From Amoebidium appalachense (lineage: Eukaryota > Protista > Ichthyosporea), in assembly GCA_963693365.1 (NCBI GenBank), contig CAVNZM010000008.1, positions 4,178,310 to 4,242,309 on the forward strand: a DNA stretch of 64,000 bases, given 5' to 3'. Both the position numbers and the translations under genes were made by a program. Below the pieces are notes generated by a model. It ran no database searches. It saw nothing but the letters and a program-made list of their open reading frames with translations, and was not told the DNA's origin. Positions 10,459 through 19,605 of the stretch are shown in pieces; positions within the stretch are counted from its first letter, which is position 1; each line of letters opens with the position of its first letter.

Positions 10459-11868
10459 ATGGACCAAACACCTGAAGAGGCCGTGGCTTTGCCTTTCATC
10501 GTCCAGCCCCCCGGCTCGGACACGGACAAGGTCGTCGTCTATGCCGTGGACGACAAGTATCGGCTCCACCGGGACCCTGTCAGCGCTCGGCTGCTGGAAG
10601 TTGCGAGAGACGGCGACCTCCGCATCTTCGAAACACGGGAGAGCTTCGCTGCGTTCCGTTCAGTCCTTGAAAACGACATGAAAACTTTGCTGCTGCATTT
10701 GGAGAGACAACCCCACGGGCCTGGGCGGGTGCCGCCCCTCTGGGACACTTGTCTGCACTCCATCGCGTTCCCAATGTACGCCGCCTTCCAGCGCTACGTG
10801 CTGGGGAAGCCGGACCATGAGGCTCTCCACGAGGGCACGCTCGGTCAAGGGGTTCAGGACTTCTTCATGCTCGTGGGGACGGCGCTATGCGAGCGGTCCG
10901 GTCTCAAGGCCCGACCCCCTGCCCACTTCAGTCAAGAGCCGGCCACTTCCGCCTTGGGTACGTATACGTTATGCAAGGACATTGACGACGTGGTGTACAA
11001 TGATTGGGCTAACCGGGCCGTCGAGCACTTTGTGAACGAGTTGCCTTCCGTGTCATGTCTCCAGTGCCGCTCGCCCGTCGACACAAAGAAGTGCACCCGC
11101 TGCAGAAACGCCTACTTCTGCAATGACATCTGTATGAAACAAAAGTGGCCCGAGCACAAGAAGGACTGCAAGGAGCAACCCACCCACCAAGACCCAACGG
11201 TGTCGAAAAACGAGGTCGTGGTCTACACCATGGACAGCCACTTGCGTTTCCACTCGGACCCGGTCTGCAACCTGATGCTAAAAGTTCTGGAGTGCGGCGA
11301 CCTGCGTGTGTTTCGCAACAAGGAGCGCTACATGGAATGCGAGGCTACCCTGGCGGGCGAGATGCGTTCTATAGAGGAGCGGAGATGGGTGAACGACCCA
11401 ACGGTGACTGCGGCCGAACGCAACATGGCTGCCTACTTCGCGTGTTTTAGGCACTACTGTGTCTTCCACCGCTACGTGCTGGAGGAGCGGGACTACAATG
11501 CCCTCTATGCCGGAAACATCAGCACGGGCGCCGGTATTGTCTTCAGAATGATGCTTCATGTACTGTGCGCGTCTTCCGGCCTCGAGCACACCACGCCCGA
11601 GGCTGTTCTGCAGATTGCGGAGTTTGCGGTGAGCACTCTTCCCGTGTCCACGGAGTACGACATGGACAACATGTGTATGTATGAATGGTGCAACCGGGCC
11701 GTCAAGCACTTCATCGACAAGCTGCCCTCTGTCGTCTGTGCCACCTGCGGCTCGACCGGGCGCACCAAGAAGTGCTCGGCCTGTAAGCACGTCTACTACT
11801 GCAGCAGGGACTGCCAGACCCGCGATTGGGGTGAGCACAAGAAGGACTGCCAGAAGCAGGGCCCGTAG
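10459..11868 (+). CDS. Protein of two tandem repeats, each ending in a MYND zinc finger
   Basis: CLQC..CTRC..YFCNDIC..WPEHKKDC and CATC..CSAC..YYCSRDCQ..WGEHKKDC; VVVY..HxDPV repeated in both halves. Confidence 0.88.
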   Translation: MDQTPEEAVALPFIVQPPGSDTDKVVVYAVDDKYRLHRDPVSARLLEVARDGDLRIFETRESFAAFRSVLENDMKTLLLHLERQPHGPGRVPPLWDTCLHSIAFPMYAAFQRYVLGKPDHEALHEGTLGQGVQDFFMLVGTALCERSGLKARPPAHFSQEPATSALGTYTLCKDIDDVVYNDWANRAVEHFVNELPSVSCLQCRSPVDTKKCTRCRNAYFCNDICMKQKWPEHKKDCKEQPTHQDPTVSKNEVVVYTMDSHLRFHSDPVCNLMLKVLECGDLRVFRNKERYMECEATLAGEMRSIEERRWVNDPTVTAAERNMAAYFACFRHYCVFHRYVLEERDYNALYAGNISTGAGIVFRMMLHVLCASSGLEHTTPEAVLQIAEFAVSTLPVSTEYDMDNMCMYEWCNRAVKHFIDKLPSVVCATCGSTGRTKKCSACKHVYYCSRDCQTRDWGEHKKDCQKQGP

Positions 11869-11896
11869 GGGATGGCCGTGGTGATGCTGTGTCTGT

Positions 11897-12160
11897 GTAT
11901 ATTTGTCATTGATGTAATTTCTCGGGTACTTGTTTCGTGTGCAAGTGATAGAATTCATTCGGGGTTGTAGAATCGTATATTTGTCATTGATGTAATTTCT
12001 CGTGTACTTGTTTCGTGTGCAAGTGATAGAATTCATTCGGGGTTGTAGAATCGTATATTTGTCATTGATGTAATTTCTCGGGTACTTGTTTCGTGTGCAA
12101 GTGATAGAATTCATTCGGGGTTGTAGAATCGTATATTTGTCATTGATGTAATTTCTCGGG
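11897..12160. repeat. 78-bp AT-rich tandem repeat (~3.4 copies)
   Basis: Unit starts GTATATTTGTCATTG at 11897, 11975, 12053, 12131. Confidence 0.92.
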
Positions 12161-12783
12161 TTGTCACTTTAGGGGCAAATTCGGGTCGGTGGTTATGTGC
12201 ATAATGGTATGTGATTTTTCCAACATCGATGTCGACAGAATAAATCTCAGTGTGTTTTTCGCTTTACTCGCACAATTTGTCGAAGGGCCAGCCTCCGGTA
12301 TTTTGGCATGAACTCGTTGGCAAACACGTACTTCCTTGCACGTCTGTGACCCCTCTTTTTGGACTGACCTCCTTGTTTTGGCATGACCTCTACCCCAAAA
12401 TTTTGGGCGCTTGCCCTGCACAACCCCTGTGAAACCACTTTCTCCGCTTGCACCCAGCCGCGCACAGGTTGCTGGTCCACGCACCCTCCTCGAGCTCGAG
12501 GGACACCTTGCGCCACCCTGATTCTGCGCGCTTGATCTCGCACGCCACCACAATGTCTCCCGGTCGCACACCTGCGGTCCACATGCTTGTGCAACAGCGC
12601 ACGCTCAGCACCTCACACTCCGATTCGGGCCCACGTACACACACACCGAAACACGCAAGCGCGCACTCTCGTGGTCATGCAGCGCCTCGAGAACTGGCAC
12701 CTTGCGAATGAGTGTGCGCCGACGCAGGCGGGGACTCTGGAGGGTATAAAAGCGTGTGTCTGACACGGGGAGCTGCCAGTCTG

Positions 12784-13322
12784 CATCTGCACCAGAACCG
12801 ACCATGGCTTTTGAGCAGGACCTGAAGCTATTCGTGAATAGACTTTCGCTGTTTGTATCCAACATGACGTTCGACTCGAACGGCGCCGGGAGGGTGGGGA
12901 GCCGGCCGCTACAGCTCCACGCAAGACTCGGCAAGGGCGACACGATGCTGTCGGACACGATGCTGCCGCTGCAGTCGGTGGAAACCTCCAATCGAGATGG
13001 ACTCAACCACCTTGTGTTTTCGACGTGTCCGCTGGAGGGGGCCGGGGATGCGGTGACCATCGACCTGGATTGGGGCAAGTCGTTTCGGCTGACCTGGGAG
13101 CGCTGGGACACCACGCTGTCGCTGCTGCAACCGAGGGATCCGACGGAGGAGGAGGGCATGAGCGAGGGACGAGCTGTCCCCATGGAGGCAAAGAGAAAAC
13201 GAACAACCCTTCTGCGAATCGACTTTTTGAAGGACTTCCTTTGGCATGACATGGGGTGCGACATTCTGTCGCTGCAGTTATATGAATCAGTACAGAAAAA
13301 TAGGCGGCAGTGTAGAGAATAA
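12784..13322 (+). CDS. Hypothetical protein
   Basis: TATAAAA at ~12745, ACCATGG start context, coding-like composition; no recognised motif. Confidence 0.5.
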
Positions 13323-13489
13323 TGCAGGTATCGCGCAGTGCGTGTGTGTGTGCGACTGCGCCCCGGATGGTGCAGCACGCGTATATAAGCAGGGCCACAC
13401 CCAACGTGTCGTCCGAGCGCATGCTTGTGTGTGCGCACACAAATTTGTTTATTTTTCAGAGAAATGATCCCCCCCACCCTTCTCGCCCG

Positions 13490-13630
13490 CGAGGCCAACT
13501 TCGCATCAATGGAGTGGGGAAGCTCACCCCAGTGGCTTCATTCCGTGACCTCCTCGAGATCATCTACCTACTCCCTGGGAAGCGCGCCCACGAGTTCCGC
13601 AAGACCTGTGCCACCTACATAGCACGTAAG
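13490..13630 (+). pseudogene. Fragment of a viral Bro-N/KilA-N-like DNA-binding domain gene
   Basis: LRINGVGKLTPVA..LLEIIYLLPGKRAHEFRKTCATYIAR resembles a motif of algal giant-virus proteins; truncated where it meets the opposing zinc-finger gene. Confidence 0.5.
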
Positions 13631-14122
13631 GGTAAAATTTTGTGGAATGCCATCCACAACTTTGCTTGTTTCGACCAATTGTCTGTGTGCTCGCTCGTGA
13701 TGACTCCACGAGGATCGAGTATGAAAAGTGGCAGCGCAGATATGGCAGGAATATGGTCTTACGCCCGTGTGCACTCTTTGGTGGACGGTCAAACTGGCCT
13801 TGTGCCGGTATGATTTGCTGCATCCCATATAATCACATCTGAAAGAGTTCCCGCCAGAATGCGATCTCTGATGCACACGATATGAACTTGGATGTATAAA
13901 TTCCTTGCCACAATCGCTGCAAATAAAGGGTTTTTCTGACTTGTGTTTCCACATGTGTGTTGACAACGAAGCTGGGGTTGTATATGCAGCTGAACACTCC
14001 GGAAAATCACATTTGAACAGGGTGCCTGTGTGTTTTCGCAGATGGGTTTCCAAGTGAGCCTTCTGCCTGAAGTTCCGTCCACACTCCGGCCAGTTGCACT
14101 TCCACCCACGAGAATCTGTCAT
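13568..14122 (-). CDS. C2H2 zinc-finger protein (5 fingers)
   Basis: CNWPEC, CDFPEC, CSDC, CDYMGC, CHIC fingers; HTGVRPY linker. Confidence 0.9.
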   Translation of the reverse strand: MTDSRGWKCNWPECGRNFRQKAHLETHLRKHTGTLFKCDFPECSAAYTTPASLSTHMWKHKSEKPFICSDCGKEFIHPSSYRVHQRSHSGGNSFRCDYMGCSKSYRHKASLTVHQRVHTGVRPYSCHICAATFHTRSSWSHHERAHRQLVETSKVVDGIPQNFTLTCYVGGTGLAELVGALPRE

Positions 14123-14165
14123 CGTTGAGGTTAAGGCATAAAAAAGCCAACGTTTTCCTTTGCCC

Positions 14166-14482
14166 TGAGTAATTCAAGTTACTCTGAGCATAAAATTAAT
14201 GGTTTTTTATTTGTTTCATGAGTAACAATATCTTACTCAGGGTACTCATTCTGAGTAACACAGACAAGTTTCCCCCACTAGATGTTACTCACCCAAATAT
14301 GGTAAAGGTTTCCTTTTTAGGTATAAAAATATGCAATTGTCATATAGTGAGTAGGATGAGTAGGATGAGTACGTACTCATCTACTGTGGGCTACGGGTAT
14401 ACCTAAATCTCAATCCAAAAGGAAATTGGAACACCCGGGGGGAGACCAGATGAGTAGGTACTCAAGCTACTCATCCTACTCA
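14166..14482. repeat. TGAGTA/TACTCA iteron cluster, candidate origin 2
   Basis: 14 exact copies in both orientations, with 9-bp phased triplets at 14234/43/52, 14348/57/66 and 14459/68/77, separated by AT-rich spacers. Confidence 0.7.
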
Positions 14483-15865
14483 CCCCATCAAAATGGCCTT
14501 AAAATTTAGGTGGTACCCCTTACACCTCCCCTGGACAAACAAACTCATTCCATTAACTTTGTCCCCAAAAAGCTTCGAGAGGCATTCGCCCACTTGTCGC
14601 AGGCTGGCTGTCTGCGGGTTCTTGCCGTTTAAGCGCATCCACTCTTGAAGATGAAGGTGGATCTCGGTTGCTGTCACAAACTTTCCGTCGGTGAGGGCCA
14701 TTCTTTCGCAGCTGTCCTCCCCCATGACAACATCCTTCAAAAAGGACAGACAGTCAGATCGGGAAAACGATTTCAGACGCTCCTTCAACTTGGAGTTCGG
14801 TGGGCGGAGATAAAGCAAGATTGGATTCCCATTAGGACGGTGTTGGTGCAGAAATTGGTAGAGGTGGTGTAGAGCATCTTGATCCTCATAGTGTGTCCAG
14901 AGGTTGTTGAAGTATGCCGTGTCGTTGACTTTTGCAGGTGAGACCTCAAAGCAGGCAGAGCGGCGGTCGCTGGCTTCAACACGCAGTGGCCAGTCCTCGT
15001 TTGACATAAACACGTAGCGCTCACAGGACCGTCGGACCATTTGGTCGATGCCTTTTCGCTCGATAACCATTGTCGTGTCTGTTATCATATTTTTGAGCTG
15101 GTTGTTGACTGTGTGTTCCCCCCCAAAGGTCACTTCATCGACCAACACAAGCAGCTTATCCGCGAGGTGTGCATTGAAATTCCCAACCAATCGGTGTTTG
15201 CTGTTCACGGTTACAACCAAGGCGGGACCCAATAACTTGCTGAATATGTTCCAAAACATGTTTTTTCCCGTCCCTTGGACACTTTTGAAAAGACAACAAC
15301 TATCAGGCTTTTGTCCTGGATGCTGGATGATATGTGCAATCCAATTAAGAAGAAACCCGCCCATGATGGGGTCACCGTTGGCCATAATGTTGTGTAGGTG
15401 CCAGAGAAAGGGTCCCACTTTATGTGAGTCCACTCGGAAACCGTCAATAGGTGAAAACGCCATGCCGCCATATGTATTGAAGCAGGCGTAGTTCTCGTCC
15501 TTCTCGCACTTGAGATCAGCCGGGTCAAAAACAGCGTCGTTGAACCATGTTATTGTGGGTTTGCATAGATAGTCCTTCCCCAAGTAAACAGCGTCTTTTT
15601 TCCCATTCGGATAGGTGAATCTCATGGCGGACAGAGTCCCGTTGACTGCCTCCCTGGATTGGAAATCAAAAGTGGTACGTCTCCCCTTGTTGATTTTTAC
15701 CACATACACATTGCTATTTAGAACGCGAGCTACTTTTGTCCTCAAAAAAGCAATAATGGCATCTTTGTCACACCAGGAACCAATGGAGCTTGATGGGGCA
15801 AAGCGCGGTAATCCATCCGTAACATTGAGAAACGAAGTACGTGCGGCCTCGTCAATGTTTATCAT
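14480..15865 (-). CDS. D5-like/DUF5906-type SF3 helicase 2 (no recognisable primase domain)
   Basis: Walker A SVQGTGKN, Walker B LVLVDE, LKNMITD, VFMSN, DRR; colinear with helicase 1. Confidence 0.9.
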   Translation of the reverse strand: MINIDEAARTSFLNVTDGLPRFAPSSSIGSWCDKDAIIAFLRTKVARVLNSNVYVVKINKGRRTTFDFQSREAVNGTLSAMRFTYPNGKKDAVYLGKDYLCKPTITWFNDAVFDPADLKCEKDENYACFNTYGGMAFSPIDGFRVDSHKVGPFLWHLHNIMANGDPIMGGFLLNWIAHIIQHPGQKPDSCCLFKSVQGTGKNMFWNIFSKLLGPALVVTVNSKHRLVGNFNAHLADKLLVLVDEVTFGGEHTVNNQLKNMITDTTMVIERKGIDQMVRRSCERYVFMSNEDWPLRVEASDRRSACFEVSPAKVNDTAYFNNLWTHYEDQDALHHLYQFLHQHRPNGNPILLYLRPPNSKLKERLKSFSRSDCLSFLKDVVMGEDSCERMALTDGKFVTATEIHLHLQEWMRLNGKNPQTASLRQVGECLSKLFGDKVNGMSLFVQGRCKGYHLNFKAILMG

Positions 15866-16114
15866 TATTATCTTATACTAGAAAATAATTTTGTCTGGGT
15901 GGGCTACGAGCCCTAAAACATGTATTTCCAGTTGCCCCGTGTGCAGGGCACTGCTACAATGATCTTTGGCAACCTTGTTTTTCTTTGTCATATATATGGT
16001 CAATTTGATAGCTGTTCGATCTTGTGTCCAGAGCGGTGGTTGTAAAAGGCAACAACAACAACCCACTGCAAGTGTCACAAAGGGCACACTTATTCTTGTT
16101 ATCTGAAACTGCCA

Positions 16115-18121
16115 ATGTTGGGCAACTTCAAATATTTTCTATACCTTATAGTATGCCCCACAATGGCACCAAGTACATATCTGGACTTCAATCCAGAAAG
16201 AAGTACGGGGTATCGGGATCCTCACTTCGGAGATGGGCAAACCAGGGACGCATCCGAATTGTTAGAACACCAGGCAATGTCCGCCTGTACAACACCTCGG
16301 ACATTGACACGTTGCTCGGGTGTGAAACGGACACACGAACAGACAGAGTTGATGTTGCCTACGCACGGGTCTCATCCCACAAACAGCGCACGGACCTCGA
16401 CCGGCAAGTTCAGTATCTGCGTGAACGGTGTCCCAATCACGAAATTGTCACTGATGTCGGGAGTGGCGTCAACTTTAAGCGCAGAGGACTGCTGTCCATT
16501 TTGGAACGGGCAAGCAAGGGAAATGTCAGAGAGATTGTGGTTGCCCACAAGGACAGGCTGTGTCGACTCGCCGGTGACCTGCTGTGGTGGATTCTGGAAG
16601 CATATGGGGTCAAAATCGTGGTTCTCAATCACGCAGACGAATCCAATACAGATGAACTCGCGGAAGACCTTATCGCCGTCACCACCCACTTTGTCTGTAA
16701 GCATCATGGACGTCGCAAGTACGGAAACAAGTGCAATGGAAAAGAGGGAAGCGGAAAGGAACGTCAAAAGACTAAAGCGCATGGCATCGAAACACATGAA
16801 GAAAGAGCAGAAACTCTATTTGAAGGATCGTCTTAATGGACGGCCTCCGGAGCTTGACGATTATGTGGCCTGTGGAGTGAACGTTTTGGCTTTGCGGGAA
16901 AGGACCGAGCTTTTGGTCCGCACAAAACTCATCCGTGTGATCCCAACAAAGGAACAAAAGCGATGGTTGGTCGAATGCTTCGGAGTGGCAAGGAAGATCT
17001 TCAATCAATGTGTAGGTCTTCACGACCTGAAGGGAAGCATGGACAAAACCGAATATCGCAGGCAATTTGTCAACAACAAAAGCATTCCAGACTGCGAAGA
17101 ATACAAGAAGCGTGTGCCAAACCTTCTTCGTAACGGTGCGGTGGATGATTTTTTCGGGGCCGTGGGTTCGCAGAAGGCAAAGGCACGTTATGCTAAGAAG
17201 AGGGGTTTAAAGGCAACCAGTGTCTTTGTCCGGTATAGATCCAAAAAGGACGGATATCAATCAATTCTAATACCCCGCGCACTCACCAAGTTCAATGGTA
17301 CACACGCCATTTTTGCCCCAACGATGTGCCCCGAAGGTGGGCATTTGAAACTTGCGGAGCAAGTACAACCGGATGAGATGGAAACAGATGGGCGGCTCTT
17401 GATGACCAGGGACGGGAATTTCTACCTATCAATTACATATCGGGTACCGGGGGGTGATAGCCAAACCCCTCTAACCGAACAACACGATAGGCGGATACTA
17501 GTATGTGCACTTGATCCTGGTATTAGAACCTTCCAGACTGTCTATGACCCCTGTAACAAGGAGGTCACACACCTTTTTCCCGGGGACATCAAACGCATCA
17601 GTCGGCTGCTCAACCGTGAGGACCAGCTGAAAAGTCGTTTGACACAGACATCTGTTAAACACAAAAGTCGGTATCGGATGAGAAAGGCCCTGTTCCGAAT
17701 GCGCCGAAGGGTTCAGAACCTTATTGCCGACGCACACTGGAAGGCCGCTGGATGGCTCACCTCCAACTTCGACGTGGTAGTTATTCCTTGGTTTGACTCT
17801 GGGAGTATGTCACGTAGGGGCAAGAGGAAACTTCGCAGCAAGAGCGTCCGATGCATGATGGGTTGGCAGCATGCCAAGTTTCGACAACGGCTGGTGTGTA
17901 AAGCAGAGCAACGGGGAACTGCAGTGGTGTTTGTCAATGAATCCTACACCAGCAAAACGTGTGGGAGGTGTGGACAGATCAACCAGGGTCTTGGAGGTTC
18001 TAAGGTGTTCAAGTGTAAACATTGTGGGTTGGTCATTGACAGAGATGTCAATGGGGCTCGCAACATATTTATTCGCTCATGTACGCGGCCCGTGGGCAGC
18101 CACGGGCCTCTGCCGGTATAG
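16115..18121 (+). CDS. tnpB: Fanzor2/TnpB RNA-guided RuvC nuclease (start uncertain)
   Basis: HTH IRVIPTKEQKRWL..FGVARKIFN; RuvC-I ALDPGIRTF; VVIP in place of the canonical Glu with alternative VNESYTSKTC; CGRC/CKHC zinc finger; RuvC-III DRDVNGARNI. Confidence 0.93.
   Translation: MLGNFKYFLYLIVCPTMAPSTYLDFNPERSTGYRDPHFGDGQTRDASELLEHQAMSACTTPRTLTRCSGVKRTHEQTELMLPTHGSHPTNSARTSTGKFSICVNGVPITKLSLMSGVASTLSAEDCCPFWNGQAREMSERLWLPTRTGCVDSPVTCCGGFWKHMGSKSWFSITQTNPIQMNSRKTLSPSPPTLSVSIMDVASTETSAMEKREAERNVKRLKRMASKHMKKEQKLYLKDRLNGRPPELDDYVACGVNVLALRERTELLVRTKLIRVIPTKEQKRWLVECFGVARKIFNQCVGLHDLKGSMDKTEYRRQFVNNKSIPDCEEYKKRVPNLLRNGAVDDFFGAVGSQKAKARYAKKRGLKATSVFVRYRSKKDGYQSILIPRALTKFNGTHAIFAPTMCPEGGHLKLAEQVQPDEMETDGRLLMTRDGNFYLSITYRVPGGDSQTPLTEQHDRRILVCALDPGIRTFQTVYDPCNKEVTHLFPGDIKRISRLLNREDQLKSRLTQTSVKHKSRYRMRKALFRMRRRVQNLIADAHWKAAGWLTSNFDVVVIPWFDSGSMSRRGKRKLRSKSVRCMMGWQHAKFRQRLVCKAEQRGTAVVFVNESYTSKTCGRCGQINQGLGGSKVFKCKHCGLVIDRDVNGARNIFIRSCTRPVGSHGPLPV
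16153..16836 (+). CDS. tnpA: IS607 serine recombinase TnpA (MerR-like HTH plus resolvase domain)
   Basis: GVSGSSLRRW..RTPGNVRLY HTH; AYARVSSHKQRTDLDRQ catalytic motif; DVGSGVNFKRRGL; HKDRLCR. Confidence 0.95.
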   Translation: MPHNGTKYISGLQSRKKYGVSGSSLRRWANQGRIRIVRTPGNVRLYNTSDIDTLLGCETDTRTDRVDVAYARVSSHKQRTDLDRQVQYLRERCPNHEIVTDVGSGVNFKRRGLLSILERASKGNVREIVVAHKDRLCRLAGDLLWWILEAYGVKIVVLNHADESNTDELAEDLIAVTTHFVCKHHGRRKYGNKCNGKEGSGKERQKTKAHGIETHEERAETLFEGSS

Positions 18122-18202
18122 GCCAAGGTTCTTGTAATCTTGCATGACCATGCCACTAGCCTAGCTCCTTTCATGACCCGTGGTCATGTTGGCAAGTTTA
18201 GG
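18060..18202 (+). ncRNA. Candidate Fanzor omegaRNA scaffold (guide expected from the flank after ~18202)
   Basis: Perfect hairpin GGCCCGTGG-GCAG-CCACGGGCC (18087-18108) and long stem CTTGCATGACCA...TGGTCATGTTGGCAAG at the element 3' end. Confidence 0.6.
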
Positions 18203-18237
18203 AAAGGATGGTAGGTTCAACTGTATCTGTCACGAAA

Positions 18238-18915
18238 ATGAGTTCTAAAGAGGATATCAAAGATCTAGAAAGGCGCGCTGCAAAAATAGAGACAAGACTC
18301 AAGACTTTGGAGGAGGATGCAAAGGCCCTGCGGGACACCCAGGCCCGTTTCGCGCGCGCCCTTGCTAGGCACACCCGCGCTTCGCGCACCACTACAGCGG
18401 CAACCGTGGCACCCCCAGCGGCAACCGTGGCACCCCCTGTCCTGGCAGCGGCTTCGCGCACCACTACAGCAGCAACCGTGACACCCCCAGCAGCAACCGT
18501 GGCACCCCCTGTCCTGGCAGCGGCACCTGCACTTCGTGCTGGCGAGCATGGCAGCTCCTATCCCGTGGACTTGGCCCCCCAGCCCCTGCAGCGCTCACGT
18601 TTGCACATCACACAGGGGTCCAAGACACGGAAGAAACCACGAAGACAGCAGAAGAGGACACGAGAGGAAGTCAGTAGCTCTGGGTCGGAGGTGGATTACC
18701 TTCCTCCAGTGCCTGTGTCTCGGGCCGCGTTAGCTTGGTACAAGACCTTGACACGGGGACGGCGGTCAGAACATGAGGAGTACTCGTCTTCTGAGGAGTA
18801 CTCGTCTTCCGAGTCCAAGACCTTGACACGGGGACAGCAGTCAGAACCTGAGGAGTACTCGTCTTCCGAGTCCAAGAGGCCTGGACACGGTGAAAAAAGG
18901 GGCCGCTATGAGTAG
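18238..18915 (+). CDS. Hypothetical coiled-coil protein with Ala/Thr/Pro and EEYSSS repeats
   Basis: N-terminal heptad pattern; in-frame internal duplications; KKPRR basic motif. Confidence 0.55.
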   Translation: MSSKEDIKDLERRAAKIETRLKTLEEDAKALRDTQARFARALARHTRASRTTTAATVAPPAATVAPPVLAAASRTTTAATVTPPAATVAPPVLAAAPALRAGEHGSSYPVDLAPQPLQRSRLHITQGSKTRKKPRRQQKRTREEVSSSGSEVDYLPPVPVSRAALAWYKTLTRGRRSEHEEYSSSEEYSSSESKTLTRGQQSEPEEYSSSESKRPGHGEKRGRYE

Positions 18916-18984
18916 GCTAAGCCTCAGGCTATTCTAGTGTGTGTATTTTTGAAATGCAGCCACGCTGTCAGGCTGAGCCTTCGA

Positions 18985-19605
18985 TGTGTACTTAGGTGGG
19001 GCTGTGCAACGTGTACTTAGGGTGGTGCCTGTACTTAGGGTGGTGCCTGTACTTAGGGTGGTGCCTGTACTTAGGGTGGTGCAGACGTGTACTTGGGGTG
19101 GGGCTGTGCATATTGTACTTAGGGTGGTGCCTGTACTTAGGGTGGTGCCTGTACTTAGGGTGGTGCCTGTACTTAGGGTGGTGCCTGTACTTAGGGTGGT
19201 GCAGACGTGTACTTGGGGTGGGGCTGTGCATATTGTACTTAGGGTGGTGCAGACGTGTACTTAGGGTGGTGCAGACGTGTACTTAGGGTGGTGCAGACGT
19301 GTACTTAGGGTGGTGCAGACGTGTACTTAGGGTGGGGCTGTGCACCACAGTCTACTTAGGGTGGTGCAGACGTGTACTTAGGGTGGTGCAGACGTGTACT
19401 TAGGGTGGTGCAGACGTGTACTTAGGGTGGGGCTGTGCACCACAGTGTACTTAGGGTGGTGCAGACGTGTACTTAGGGTGGTGCAGACGTGTACTTAGGG
19501 TGGGGCTGTGCACCACAGTGTACTTAGGGTGGTGCAGATGTGTACTTAGGGTGGGGCTGTGCACCACAGTGTACTTAGGGTGGTGCAGAGTGTACTTAGG
19601 TGGGT
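18985..19605. repeat. Compound minisatellite with GTACTTAGGGTGG core (24 exact TTAGGG units plus 4 variants)
   Basis: 18-, 22- and 26-29-bp unit variants; 120-bp higher-order duplication. Confidence 0.92.

Larger units (their letters stand above)
16083..18202 (+). mobile_element. IS607-family element carrying Fanzor2 (ends approximate)
   Basis: TnpA plus TnpB-like ORFs; related end motifs ATGTTGGGCAACTT (16115) and ATGTTGGCAAGTT (18186); GG candidates at 16082-16084 and 18201-18202. Confidence 0.85.

Noticed and set aside
11278-12114. ORF with repeated MNSITCTRNKY
   Set aside because: Translation of the 78-bp array, antisense to the MYND gene
12164-12711. Short ORFs between the MYND gene and 12784
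   Set aside because: No recognisable motif or convincing start; possibly a decayed gene
18985-19605. CRISPR-like array or true telomere
   Set aside because: Linkers are short and reused rather than unique spacers, there are no cas genes, and TTAGGG is not in pure tandem
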